Part shown: piece after piece, positions 19,826-28,540 of the stretch
Layout: each line of letters starts with the position of its first letter
Position numbering within the stretch: position 1 is the stretch's first letter
Source of the DNA: a virus
Taxonomy: Duplodnaviria > Heunggongvirae > Uroviricota > Caudoviricetes
DNA: 42,567 nt
Reading direction: 5' to 3' (one strand)
Virus record (IMG/VR): IMGVR_UViG_2534681936_000017
Span: 1-42,567 of that record
The notes under the pieces: generated by a model
What the model saw: the letters and a program-made list of their open reading frames with translations, nothing else
Told to the model about the DNA's origin: nothing
Databases searched by the model: none
Made by a program: the position numbers and the translations under genes

Positions 19826-21447
19826 CAGGCCTGTCTCCCTAGCAGCTCCCAGATGTTCAGGGCTGAATTCATTGGGGCATAGTTGATCATCACCGAGTCG
19901 GCAAGGTTTGGCGATCGGGTTCCATCAGGCTGTTTATCAATAACGATTTTTCCCACACCATTAATGGAATAGGTCGGCTGCGAAAGCTCGATGATGAGTT
20001 TATCTTTGAGTGCCATGCTACTGCTGATTGAGATGATTTCGTCCGGGTTGTAAGCCATACCTTCAACCACGGCGCGCCAGGTATTCTGAAAAAGTTTACG
20101 TAACCGCCACCAGCTCTGGGCTTTGGCGTTAGCGAAGAAGTCCTTGTTCAGACGTGCGGCTTGCCCGTTGTCCCCGCGAACAGCTTCATCATCCGGATCA
20201 AATACCGCGCCACTACCTCGAAACGGTGTGGCAAGTATTGACGGTCGGCGCGCAGCGTTACGCAGTTCGTTGATAGCGCGTGCATCGCCGCGAACGCCAG
20301 CGCCCAGCCCGTCCTCGTCAAAGCGAAACTCTTCGAGGTTGTCCTGTTCGCAAAAGCCGAAAACCTTCTCGACGGACTGATAAATGTCCCTGCCCACACC
20401 GGACCATTCCCGCACATTTTCCAGGAGGAAGCCATGACGGGTGGAAAAGGCATTTTTGTCCCTGCCTTCGTCGGCGACATCCATCGCGCCAAGTCGTTTG
20501 CCTGTTGGCTGGATACCCAGTTTGATATGCGCATCAACGGCAGCCTGTACCCATTCGGATGGAATCAGAACGCCTTCCGCTGATGCGCTGTAGTTCAGAT
20601 CAAGTTCCTGTGCCACCACCACCGGATTATCGATTTTCTCGCATTCCCTGCGATACCACTCTTCATCCTTGCGAGGATCATCCCGCCAGTGGAATGTGAA
20701 TACCGGTATCTTCCCGCCATGACGCTTCTGAGCGAACGGGTTAGCCATGCCGTTAACTGAACTCAGGTCGATACGGCAACGCGTCGTTTGTGACAACGCC
20801 GCATCAATCAGCAGAGGACGCTGAAGGAATGCAGCCTCATCAACCAGATAAAGCGTGGTACGGTCACCACGACCAATATTATCGCCAGCCTCGCCTTTGA
20901 TAACGGCACCAGTTTCAGGAAACTCAACACGCATATATGGCGCGTGCTTCTTCTCGCTCCACGAACCGCGAAACTCTACAGGTAGCGTTTCCACGAACTT
21001 GCGTGCCTTCCAGAACAATGCTTTCGGGTCACCAGTGCTGTCGACGTATTCCTCTTTACGGGAGCCGAAACCGATAACCATTTCTTTGTTGAAGAGACAA
21101 AGCGAGCAGGCCAGTCCGATCGCGGTCCAACTGAGCCCCATTTCACGGGATTTTTCGGTAATACCATTCTCCCGATTGCCCCAGCGTTCCATAATCCAGT
21201 GGATCCACTCCTCCTGCTTAGGGAAGAGTAAAAACGGAATGGTCACCGGCAGGCCATAATCAATATTACGCGGGTCCGTTGTCATGCCCCAGTCGATGAT
21301 GAACTGAGCCGGATTGGTTCGGTAAAACTGCTTCAATACGGGCAATATTTCAGGATTCTGGCGAATGCGCTGTAGGCGTTCCATCCGCCATTCAAAAACC
21401 ATCTGGTAATCAGGATGTTTAAAATCGAAGGGGAATGGTAACGGCAT
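19825..21447 (-). CDS. Terminase large subunit
   Basis: 540 aa; ATPase then nuclease layout with Walker-B-like LYLVDEAA; follows the small subunit. Confidence 0.85.
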   Translation of the reverse strand: MPLPFPFDFKHPDYQMVFEWRMERLQRIRQNPEILPVLKQFYRTNPAQFIIDWGMTTDPRNIDYGLPVTIPFLLFPKQEEWIHWIMERWGNRENGITEKSREMGLSWTAIGLACSLCLFNKEMVIGFGSRKEEYVDSTGDPKALFWKARKFVETLPVEFRGSWSEKKHAPYMRVEFPETGAVIKGEAGDNIGRGDRTTLYLVDEAAFLQRPLLIDAALSQTTRCRIDLSSVNGMANPFAQKRHGGKIPVFTFHWRDDPRKDEEWYRRECEKIDNPVVVAQELDLNYSASAEGVLIPSEWVQAAVDAHIKLGIQPTGKRLGAMDVADEGRDKNAFSTRHGFLLENVREWSGVGRDIYQSVEKVFGFCEQDNLEEFRFDEDGLGAGVRGDARAINELRNAARRPSILATPFRGSGAVFDPDDEAVRGDNGQAARLNKDFFANAKAQSWWRLRKLFQNTWRAVVEGMAYNPDEIISISSSMALKDKLIIELSQPTYSINGVGKIVIDKQPDGTRSPNLADSVMINYAPMNSALNIWELLGRQA

Positions 21448-21449
21448 AC

Positions 21450-22001
21450 TTAGCCCATCATTTTTCTATACGCCTCTGCAGCCTGCTCCGGCGTTAAGTT
21501 GGTAATTTCTGTTCTGACTGGTCCTCCATCAGCGCCAGTCACTTCATTTTTGACGTTGTCTTTAAACGCCTGAACAGAAACATGACGCCCAAGCAACTCA
21601 AGGTTTTTAACCTTATCAGGCCATTTGATTTTCTTCAGAAGTGCGGCGCTATCTGCGGATACCATCTCCACGACATCCATTCCTGATAGCGTTGTGCGCC
21701 ATACCTTAGGCCAGTCTTTAATGGGCTTTAGCTCACCGTTTTGCAGGAGAATGTCGAGCACATCCATCTGGTCGATTTCAATAAGGCGATTAAGTACATA
21801 TTCTGCATTAATACCAACAAGATCATTGCGTTGCGCTTTCAGTTCAGCGATTCTGAATTGTATGTCAGGTTTTGACAGGTTTTCGTATGCGGTACGGTTA
21901 GCTGTCTTTGCGCTGTACCCCGCCCGAATAGCCGCTTGCGTGGCGTTTAAATCGATGAGGTACTCGCGACAGAACATTTCTTGCTTGTCGGTGAGTGCCA
22001 T
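21450..22001 (-). CDS. Terminase small subunit
   Basis: 183 aa; N-terminus [30 protein letters not shown] is typical of one small-terminase family. Confidence 0.8.
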   Translation of the reverse strand: MALTDKQEMFCREYLIDLNATQAAIRAGYSAKTANRTAYENLSKPDIQFRIAELKAQRNDLVGINAEYVLNRLIEIDQMDVLDILLQNGELKPIKDWPKVWRTTLSGMDVVEMVSADSAALLKKIKWPDKVKNLELLGRHVSVQAFKDNVKNEVTGADGGPVRTEITNLTPEQAAEAYRKMMG

Positions 22002-22020
22002 TGATATACCTGAGGAAATT

Positions 22021-22569
22021 ATGAAGTTAGAAGATTTCGCAGCTTATAACCGCCCTCAATCTAAGGTGTCCGATGAGAGGAAATTTCTTGATTACATTCA
22101 CAGTCGGAACAGATGGGTTGAGTTTATCAAAAGCATCGATAACGCAAAGCCAGTATCAATTGCCATGAAAAATTCATTCCATAGTCAATGGGTTGAGTCT
22201 GGGGCCTTTATACGTGAAAAGATCAACGACGACTCAATTCTCCTCAAACTATTAACGCTCTTATTGCCAACATATGATGGTGACAGCCTTGTACTTTATC
22301 GGGGAGAAAATAAAGACAGGTTCGATAAAGGGCTCATTGGATTTTGCTGGACAACGGACATTTCAGTCGCCGAGAAGTTTGGTCGTGGATTGAATGCATA
22401 CAAATCACCAGGTTTGCTGTTAAGAGCTGAAGCTCCAGCCTGTTCTATATTAGCTGGCCCCAATGCCCACAGTCGTTATCTTGGTGAAAATGAGTTCACG
22501 GTTAACCCCTCGCGTCTTTCAAACATAACCGTTATTGAAACCTATCCGGACAACTCTTTTTTCAGATGA
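22021..22569 (+). CDS. Putative mono-ADP-ribosyltransferase-like protein (R-S-E type motifs), antisense moron between lysis and terminase genes
   Basis: 182 aa from ATG 22021 (RBS GAGGAAA). Motifs: LYRGE (R94), GFCWTTDISVAEKFG (STS-like, aa 108-121), YLGENEFTV (E156-x-E158). No signal peptide. Family call is motif-based inference only. Confidence 0.4.
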   Translation: MKLEDFAAYNRPQSKVSDERKFLDYIHSRNRWVEFIKSIDNAKPVSIAMKNSFHSQWVESGAFIREKINDDSILLKLLTLLLPTYDGDSLVLYRGENKDRFDKGLIGFCWTTDISVAEKFGRGLNAYKSPGLLLRAEAPACSILAGPNAHSRYLGENEFTVNPSRLSNITVIETYPDNSFFR

Positions 22570-22701
22570 TGAATAAATAGATGCCCTATACTTCACCCGC
22601 CACTGGTACGCCGTTTCGATAGCCTCCCAGTCCGGTTTTGCCATGAATTTTTCCTCTTAGTGACATTATCGAAGCCCCTTATCAAAGGAGCTTCTGTAAT
22701 G

Positions 22702-22887
22702 TCAGTCCCGAACGAACGTAACCTTCGTGTTTGTCGCTCGCCGTACAAGGCGCGCCGCTTCGCGTTGCATTTCATCGATAACTTTTGGCGTCATCGGCTG
22801 ATGCGCATATTTACGTTCAATCTCTGCAAAAATCCCGTTCATCGTTTCGCTGTCTGGTGGGATAACTTCAACGTTTAATCGTGCCAT
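22702..22887 (-). CDS. Small hypothetical protein after Rz1
   Basis: 61 aa with normal composition, in late-operon orientation, convergent on the ART-like gene; weak RBS. Confidence 0.35.
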   Translation of the reverse strand: MARLNVEVIPPDSETMNGIFAEIERKYAHQPMTPKVIDEMQREAARLVRRATNTKVTFVRD

Positions 22888-23146
22888 TGGTTTGTGCTGT
22901 CCTGTTTTTCTCAAAAGTCCTGATATCAGCCTTATCCCTGTTGCACTGTGCTAACGCTGACAGCAACGCAACATTCAGGTTAAGGCTGGCTCCCCACGTA
23001 AACGGGTCGGGTAAATCTGGCTGGGGTGTTTCATCCGTCAGACTGGCTGGTAACGGAACGACCGGCACCGACACGTATACCGTTCGCGTATTCGTGCAAC
23101 CGCTTAACTGCGCCAGAAGGAACGATACGAACAGCGCAATCATCAT
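22868..23146 (-). CDS. o-spanin (Rz1-like outer-membrane lipoprotein)
   Basis: Lipobox LAQLSGC, Pro-rich mature part; overlaps the 3' end of the Rz gene in a different frame. Confidence 0.6.
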   Translation of the reverse strand: MMIALFVSFLLAQLSGCTNTRTVYVSVPVVPLPASLTDETPQPDLPDPFTWGASLNLNVALLSALAQCNRDKADIRTFEKNRTAQTNGTIKR

Positions 23147-23423
23147 CCGCAACAGCCACTTTGATATCTTCCTGGGTTCTCTGTGACTCCAGTGCGATCT
23201 GCTGTTTTGCATGCTGGTTAGCCTCTATAACTGTGTTGATGATTTGCAGTGATTGCAGGACGTTACGGGTAATGGCTGTTGCTGATTCAGCATTTCGTAC
23301 AGCCTCATCAGCGCGCTCCTTTTCATGCTGATATTTGTTGTAGTAATGCCCGGCAGACCAGATGAAAGAACCGATGACGGTAACAAAGAAGGCAACAATA
23401 ACCAGCTTATATCTCAGCTTCAT
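23031..23423 (-). CDS. i-spanin (Rz-like)
   Basis: 130 aa, N-terminal TM helix then charged coiled-coil-like region; directly after the endolysin. Confidence 0.65.
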   Translation of the reverse strand: MKLRYKLVIVAFFVTVIGSFIWSAGHYYNKYQHEKERADEAVRNAESATAITRNVLQSLQIINTVIEANQHAKQQIALESQRTQEDIKVAVADDDCAVRIVPSGAVKRLHEYANGIRVGAGRSVTSQSDG

Positions 23424-23883
23424 TTACCACCCCACCAGCTTCTTTAAATCGGGCAATCAGGTCACCGATTCTATGTTCATACTGACCGTAACCAGCACCC
23501 GGCAACGAAGCCCAGATATTGCTGCACCGGTCGATTGCCTGACGAATATCGCCGCGGTCAATCATCGGTAAAGCGCCACGCTCTTTAATCTGCTGCAGCG
23601 CTACAGCATCCTGACTTTCTGGAGAAAAATCTTTCAGGCCAAGTTGCTTGCGGTAGGCATCCCACCAGCGTGAAAGAAGCTGGTAACGTCCGGCGGCTGT
23701 TGATTTGAGTTTCGGATTTAGCGTGACAAGTTTGCGGGGGTGATCGGAGTAATCAGTGAACAGTTCGCCACCGACAATAACATCATAACCGTGATTTCTG
23801 GTTTTCTGCCGTCCGTTATCTGTTCCTTCTGACCATGCCACCATATCAAGGAAAGCTTTACGCTGGGAATTCAGTGTCTGCAT
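23407..23883 (-). CDS. Endolysin, lambda R-like lytic transglycosylase
   Basis: 158 aa; NSQRKAFLDMVAWSEGTDNGRQKTRNHGYDVIVGGELFTDYSDHPRKLV... is near-identical to lambda R as recalled. Confidence 0.9.
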   Translation of the reverse strand: MQTLNSQRKAFLDMVAWSEGTDNGRQKTRNHGYDVIVGGELFTDYSDHPRKLVTLNPKLKSTAAGRYQLLSRWWDAYRKQLGLKDFSPESQDAVALQQIKERGALPMIDRGDIRQAIDRCSNIWASLPGAGYGQYEHRIGDLIARFKEAGGVVNEAEI

Positions 23884-23886
23884 TAA

Positions 23887-24237
23887 TTACTCCTTATGGG
23901 CACCGAACTTGTTACCGATGACCCTCATTGCCGCACCACGAATAGCATCAACACCAATCAGCCCCACCCCACCACCAATGGCAACAGAAAGTGATTTAGG
24001 CCATCCGACATACTCAAGCGCGGATGCAAAGGTCAGCGTCAGAGCACCACAAAGCAGAATCTCAAGCGTTTTTCGTTTCCAGCCGCCGCCACCGCCAAAA
24101 TAGGCAATGCGCAAACCAGCCATAATAATTGACATAACCACTGCGCCCAGCGGCGTATCTCCACGCCACCAACTTTGTAAGAGCTCCAGTAAGTCAGGCC
24201 AGGAATGAGGGGCATTGTGCATTTTCATAAGCCTCAC
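23887..24237 (-). CDS. Holin (three TM segments, dual-start MRLMKMH)
   Basis: 116 aa, three hydrophobic segments, charged C-terminus, immediately upstream of the endolysin. Confidence 0.75.
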   Translation of the reverse strand: MRLMKMHNAPHSWPDLLELLQSWWRGDTPLGAVVMSIIMAGLRIAYFGGGGGWKRKTLEILLCGALTLTFASALEYVGWPKSLSVAIGGGVGLIGVDAIRGAAMRVIGNKFGAHKE

Positions 24238-24313
24238 CTCCGAGAGTTCGGATGGTGCTAAGTGTAAGATTCAGGCTCTCAGGCTTACTAACAAGAAGTC
24301 GAGGATATTTCCG

Positions 24314-24342
24314 GAGCCTAACAACGAAAAAGCCCCGGGACA
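24314..24342 (-). terminator. Rho-independent terminator (minus strand) between moron and holin
   Basis: gccccgg-N6-ccggggc hairpin followed by TTTTT on the minus strand. Confidence 0.4.
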
Positions 24343-24445
24343 TGCCGGGGCCAGATGGAGTGCCAGATTAAGCTTCTGGCGGTATATACTCGTGTTTGAT
24401 ATCGTTAAATCGCCAAAAGTAACAATTCAAACAAAGAGGATTTTT

Positions 24446-24607
24446 ATGTCTGAAAAAAACAAGCCACAAGGTGAAAATAAACCTCAGCAACCCGTGGCAC
24501 CAAAACCAACTCCAACACAAAGTACTGCAGACTTTGCTACACGTCGTGTTTTTGTTGGAGATTCTGCCGACTCAGTCATTGAACATATAAAAAAACAGCC
24601 GAGATAA
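24446..24607 (+). CDS. Small Pro/Gln-rich hypothetical protein (53 aa), convergent with the membrane protein gene
   Basis: Strong RBS AAGAGGA 5 nt before ATG 24446; MSEKNKPQGENKPQQPVAPKPTPTQ...; 3' end overlaps the 3' end of the minus-strand gene by about 30 bp. Below the track size cut-off as an independent ORF. Confidence 0.45.
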   Translation: MSEKNKPQGENKPQQPVAPKPTPTQSTADFATRRVFVGDSADSVIEHIKKQPR

Positions 24608-25145
24608 ACATCGCAGCTACCGGAGCAAGGATGGTATACATCCTTGCTTTATCGAGACTCGTGCGGATTTTCTCATTTTCCAACAGTAACTCTCTTGCTG
24701 TATCACTCAAGTCAACAAGGCGATACCTTCGTATAAGCGGCAATAACTTATCAGGTCCTAAATATCCTGCATCAGCGAATATTTTAAAGCTCGAGGGCAC
24801 CATATCCTTATATTTTTCATGATATAGATGATCAGGAGGGGCATTGATCAGGCCCCTAACCTTCACAGATAAACCAGTACATACCAAGTAAATGGCGCAC
24901 CATGTCCATAGTAATGTAAATGTGGTAATTCCAGCGGTGAGAAAATCGAAATTAGTTTTCTGTGTCAGCAATAAAAAAGATGAGCCAATTCCAACAATCT
25001 GAATGTTCAGAAGTTTGTATCCATTCTCAACATTGGTTTTGTTAGAAAGATGAATCTCTCGTATCGTCTCTTCCCCTTGTTTTTCAAGGTAATCGACGAG
25101 TTCATCATCTACTCCTAAAAAATAATCTTTAGGTAGTTCTCTCAT
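24576..25145 (-). CDS. Membrane protein of unknown function (moron between Q and holin)
   Basis: 189 aa, strong RBS GGAGGTGA; hydrophobic segments at about aa 45-60, 67-91 and 169-189; AT-rich locus with flanking terminators. Confidence 0.6.
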   Translation of the reverse strand: MRELPKDYFLGVDDELVDYLEKQGEETIREIHLSNKTNVENGYKLLNIQIVGIGSSFLLLTQKTNFDFLTAGITTFTLLWTWCAIYLVCTGLSVKVRGLINAPPDHLYHEKYKDMVPSSFKIFADAGYLGPDKLLPLIRRYRLVDLSDTARELLLENEKIRTSLDKARMYTILAPVAAMFISAVFLYVQ

Positions 25146-25254
25146 CTCACCTCCACATCCTGTACTGAAAACAATTTTACCAGAATGTCTCGATTCCAGG
25201 TATTCCGCCAGGAATCGCGCTCCAGAAATGAAACATCAGGTTCGCCAGTACCAG

Positions 25255-25282
25255 AAACAACAAAACCCGCTCAATGGCGGGT
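25255..25282 (-). terminator. Rho-independent terminator (minus strand) after the ORF6N-like gene
   Basis: cccgc-N6-gcggg hairpin followed by TTTTGTTGTTTCT on the minus strand. Confidence 0.4.
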
Positions 25283-25378
25283 TCTGGTAAAGTTCATGCG
25301 CTTGGTTCGCCTCGCGATACAGCTTTGCGAAGCGTACCGGAATTGAAGCAGTTTATGGCTAAAATTGCAAGAACTTTT

Positions 25379-25990
25379 TTAAAGCTGCATCAGCCTTTCC
25401 ACCAGTTTATCTCTGCGAACAACAAACCAACCATTGGCTCTCGCCAGTTCCAGCCATGACTCAAGGGAAATAACAATATCATCATCCCGCAACTGAATTG
25501 TGGAAACAGTGACACCGCCTCGCTGATAACAGAGAACTCGCGTGTCGTAACTTTTCTGGCATGAAGCTGGCGCTGACGGATCCTTTTGTCTGAAATAGCA
25601 GTCTTCCAGCTTTTCGAACACATCCCACGCCTGATCGGTTTCGAGCATTTTGGCATGACGGGCTGCTCCGCGTTCTGTCCAGAGGATGAGGGAGCGGGCT
25701 TTCGGGGAAATTTGTAACCCTCTTAAAGATGGTTGCAAATTTTGTGAGTTACTTAAAGTAACCCGCAAATTTTGTGAGTAGTTTAAAGCTACCCGCAATT
25801 CTTTAAGGTCATTACCAACAACTTTGAAAAAGTGTTTCCCTTCAACGAAGCGTACTTTGTTCTCATGATGATTCTGGCGAATGCGCACCGGCTCAGTGCC
25901 GTAAAGCTGCGCCAAAAGTTCGGTGGTAATAACAGGAATCTGGTTATGGGTGATCGGGGAGAGAGTTTCAACAGAAATTTGAGTTGTCAT
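25379..25990 (-). CDS. ORF6N/KilA-N-like DNA-binding domain protein (putative antirepressor-type) with internal 10-aa tandem repeats
   Basis: 203 aa; N-terminal IPVITTELLAQLYGTEPVRIRQNHHENKVRFVEGKHFF resembles the ORF6N domain pattern; repeats LRVALNYSQN / LRVTLSNSQN encoded by about 30-bp DNA tandem repeats at 25701-25810. Confidence 0.5.
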   Translation of the reverse strand: MTTQISVETLSPITHNQIPVITTELLAQLYGTEPVRIRQNHHENKVRFVEGKHFFKVVGNDLKELRVALNYSQNLRVTLSNSQNLQPSLRGLQISPKARSLILWTERGAARHAKMLETDQAWDVFEKLEDCYFRQKDPSAPASCQKSYDTRVLCYQRGGVTVSTIQLRDDDIVISLESWLELARANGWFVVRRDKLVERLMQL

Positions 25991-26146
25991 AATGACGCCC
26001 TCTGGTGGTTTCTTAATAACTCACCACCGACGACGCCAATCATCTGGTGGTGAACTGTGCAGGGTTGGCGTAACCGGGAAACCGACCGGCGCGGATCTCT
26101 CCGCCCCCACACAGCCCACCATAATTCAGATGTGCGCGTGCATACG

Positions 26147-26175
26147 ACAATAAAAAACACGCTCGCGGCGTGTAT
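26147..26175 (-). terminator. tR'-like terminator downstream of the late promoter
   Basis: Minus strand acacgc-N5-gcgtgt hairpin followed by TTTTTTATT, about 60-80 nt downstream of the predicted promoter. Confidence 0.5.
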
Positions 26176-26234
26176 CTGTCGCGGTCTCTATCCAGGACGC
26201 CAATCCCGACGCCAGATTTTGCTGACGCGTGAGG

Positions 26235-26264
26235 AATATAGCCCCGGATAACAGATTGAGTCAA
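26235..26264 (-). promoter_or_regulatory. Late promoter pR'-like (-35 TTGACT, 18-bp spacer, -10 TATATT); expected Q-utilisation region
   Basis: Hexamers read on the minus strand; -35 overlaps the Q stop codon, as lambda pR' sits just after Q. Confidence 0.4.
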
Positions 26265-26728
26265 CAGACGGTTTTTAGATCCCCGGAAGAGAATGCATCA
26301 CGCATCGGCAGATAGAGCATAAACTCTGCCATTTTCAACCACGCATCTATGCGATTACGGCACGTGGCGTAACACCACTCAGGGTGTGAATCATTCAGCA
26401 ATTCAGCCATTTTGCGCTTAGTCATCCCCCTCCCTTCATATCGTTGCCGGAGGATACAAATCAATCCTGGGTGTTCTGCCAGCACTTCACTAATCACCCG
26501 ATCAATGCATAACGCCTCTGCATCAGTACAATGCACCAGCCAGCTTTTTTGCTTGCCGTTGATCATATCCCGCAAAAAAGCCTCAAGCTCAGGTTTGTCC
26601 AGACCTGCTTTTTTCATCCTCCGGAGCGCCTCGTTAATTGCCGTTTTTGTCAGCTTTTTAGAGGTCAGCAACTGGTTGAACATATTCCCCGTCTTACCGC
26701 CACCAATATACGACCAGCGCCCCCACAT
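26261..26728 (-). CDS. Late-gene antiterminator Q (putative)
   Basis: Position upstream of pR'/tR' and lysis genes; start set at ATG 26728 (RBS AGGGAAA; MWGRWSY...) because the longer track ORF overlaps the upstream gene with Arg-rich junk. Confidence 0.55.
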   Translation of the reverse strand: MWGRWSYIGGGKTGNMFNQLLTSKKLTKTAINEALRRMKKAGLDKPELEAFLRDMINGKQKSWLVHCTDAEALCIDRVISEVLAEHPGLICILRQRYEGRGMTKRKMAELLNDSHPEWCYATCRNRIDAWLKMAEFMLYLPMRDAFSSGDLKTVC

Positions 26729-26811
26729 ACGTAGTTTTCCCTGAATCCAGACACTTTCCAGCGTAGTGAGACGAAGGTGTTCTCCGCTTTTTCCTGTATT
26801 CGTTGGGTAAA

Positions 26812-27102
26812 TCACAAATATCCCTCCTTTCTCCAGATTTCTTGTGTGCGAAAAACACCTTCTGCATGCATCAGGCGTAATTCTTCTTTGGTGTAATCGC
26901 TGGTTTTTACCCGCCCGTCGATTAGATCGTGGCATGAGCTACAGGCAATCGCCGCCTGCATATCGTGTGGTTTTGTCGCTGTTCCGCACGTTCCCGCCAG
27001 TCGGTAATGCGCCAGCACAGACGTTTCCGGATCGTGATTGCAGTAGCCAGGAATTCTGACGGTGCACATCTGCCCCCGCGCCGCTTTACGTAAATCCACC
27101 AT
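26812..27102 (-). CDS. Small Cys-rich zinc-binding-type Nin-region protein (YbcO-like, putative)
   Basis: 96 aa with several Cys/His (CNH, C..C, CSSCH); position upstream of Q. Confidence 0.45.
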   Translation of the reverse strand: MVDLRKAARGQMCTVRIPGYCNHDPETSVLAHYRLAGTCGTATKPHDMQAAIACSSCHDLIDGRVKTSDYTKEELRLMHAEGVFRTQEIWRKEGYL

Positions 27103-27701
27103 TACGCAAACTCCAGCAGCTGCGCGGCCACATTTTCGACTTCCTCCGGAGAGGAGAATTTACGGAACAGGATCCAGTTCCACAGCACATTCAGTACGGC
27201 TTTATAAACCTGCTGAAACTCGGTTTCGTCCATATTCGCAAAAGCAATGGATTTCGCCCGACGCCCGTGGCTACCGTCCGGATAAATATGCTCGGTGTAA
27301 AATCCGGCCTGAATGGTTACCCATTCGCGGAAAGCGTCAAATGACTTGAGCAATGCCGTATCCCGGGTTCTGCGTGTCGCAACGGCATTCAGATATTGCT
27401 CTGCGGCTTCGCTCAGGGCTGGAGTGTGTTCCCGACCAACTGATTCGCACAGATACTCAACGAAGCCTGATACCAGTTCTCGTTCTCGAGGCGTGATCGC
27501 CCCACCGTTCGGAGTCCAGTAATCGAATCCCAGTTGCAGGAGTTTGAAAAAACGCTTGTGGAACGCGTAGTTACGCACTCGCTTAAAGTCCGCGTGTATC
27601 CACTCACCTATTTTGATTTGATGCAAAAAATCGCAACTCTCCGGCGTCGCCGGGAGAAGTAATCCGGAAGAGGTTTGTTTGACCAGTTGTATGTGCGCCA
27701 T
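27102..27701 (-). CDS. Nin-region hypothetical protein
   Basis: 199 aa, translationally coupled (ATGA) to the downstream gene. Confidence 0.45.
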   Translation of the reverse strand: MAHIQLVKQTSSGLLLPATPESCDFLHQIKIGEWIHADFKRVRNYAFHKRFFKLLQLGFDYWTPNGGAITPRERELVSGFVEYLCESVGREHTPALSEAAEQYLNAVATRRTRDTALLKSFDAFREWVTIQAGFYTEHIYPDGSHGRRAKSIAFANMDETEFQQVYKAVLNVLWNWILFRKFSSPEEVENVAAQLLEFA

Positions 27702-27772
27702 CGTAGTTCTCCGCTGGCGCAGTAGAATGGGTGTTCAGCCCGTTATGTAGTATACCAGAATTAATGCCAATA

Positions 27773-28024
27773 CTAACAGGATGCTCTGACTCGCAATTCA
27801 TCCAGCAGTTTATCATTTCCCATAATGTCACTTACCCTCATCGGTAAAAAAATTGCCTTTCGACCATTACGATACATCATTGATTTTGGGGTTTCAGGAA
27901 AGTAATCCATTTCGACTATAACTGACAGGTCATCACGACGTATGACTGCATATTTACTACTAAATAGTTTCTTTATTTTTTCCACGATGCCTCCAGGTTT
28001 ATAAGTACAAACGGTTATATCCAC
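27773..28024 (-). CDS. Rem-like small protein (Qin prophage rem-like, putative)
   Basis: 83 aa; sits beside hok as rem does beside hokD in Qin; AT-rich upstream region. Confidence 0.45.
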   Translation of the reverse strand: MDITVCTYKPGGIVEKIKKLFSSKYAVIRRDDLSVIVEMDYFPETPKSMMYRNGRKAIFLPMRVSDIMGNDKLLDELRVRASC

Positions 28025-28168
28025 ATAGAGACAAAAATATTAATCTGAAAAATATTTATTTCACGTCGTATATTTGATTATTTAATGTGCAGGTACAATG
28101 ACTTTTATTTTTTGTTGTGTATATAATCAAATATATGGTTATTTTTCACCCTGCGCATTCAGCACGCA

Positions 28169-28193
28169 ACAAAAAACCCGCCGAAACGGGTTA
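28169..28193 (-). terminator. Rho-independent terminator after hok
   Basis: Minus strand aacccg-N6-cgggtt hairpin followed by TTTTTTG, about 70 nt after the hok stop. Confidence 0.4.
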
Positions 28194-28262
28194 AATGCGG
28201 GTGCGTTGAGGATGCCTGACACATCAGAGGTGGCGGGGGATTTCGCCCCCGCCGGGTCACTC

Positions 28263-28418
28263 TTACTTCTCAGATTCGTAGTCTACGAAGACAGCGACCT
28301 CCGTCTGGCCGGTTCGGATTCGTACCTCGCAGAGGTCTTTCCTCGTTACCAGTGCCGTCACAATGACGGTTAAACAGATGACGATCAGGGCGATTAACAT
28401 CGCCTTGTGCTGCTTCAT
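28263..28418 (-). CDS. hok: Hok/Gef-family type I toxin
   Basis: MKQHKAMLIALIVICLTVIVTALVTRKDLCEVRIRTGQTEVAVF... is the Hok/HokD signature. Track ORF 28263-28475 extends upstream in the same frame. Confidence 0.85.
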   Translation of the reverse strand: MKQHKAMLIALIVICLTVIVTALVTRKDLCEVRIRTGQTEVAVFVDYESEK

Positions 28419-28439
28419 AGACTGCTCCTCCTTGCCTTT

Positions 28440-28540
28440 CGGCACGTAAGAGGCTAACCTATGTGTGTAGAGCATAGATATGGCCTCAGATTAATGTTAA
28501 GCGTCTTGCAGGACGCGTAATGTTAACTGGGGCTTTTCTC
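28440..28540 (+). ncRNA. sok: Sok-like antisense RNA (approximate placement only)
   Basis: Inferred from hok/sok locus organisation: antisense to the hok leader around the translation initiation region. Ends not determined. Confidence 0.3.

Noticed and set aside
21625-22020. Upstream in-frame extension of the 314-aa plus-strand track ORF
   Set aside because: Extension is antisense to the terminase small subunit and Ser/Arg-rich; the RBS-supported start is ATG 22021.
22699-22878. Plus-strand 59-aa ORF with a strong AAGGAG RBS
   Set aside because: Arg/Phe/Trp/His/Cys-rich, typical of an out-of-frame antisense reading; the minus-strand ORF on the same DNA has normal composition. Kept as an alternative if the minus ORF proves non-coding.
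26729-26935. N-terminal 69-aa extension of the Q ORF
   Set aside because: Overlaps the upstream gene by 124 bp and is Arg-rich junk; the RBS-supported ATG at 26728 was used instead.
28419-28475. In-frame upstream extension of hok (track ORF from 28475)
   Set aside because: Hok proteins start at MKQ; the upstream ATG lies in the leader/mok region. Noted as unusual but not called as the start.
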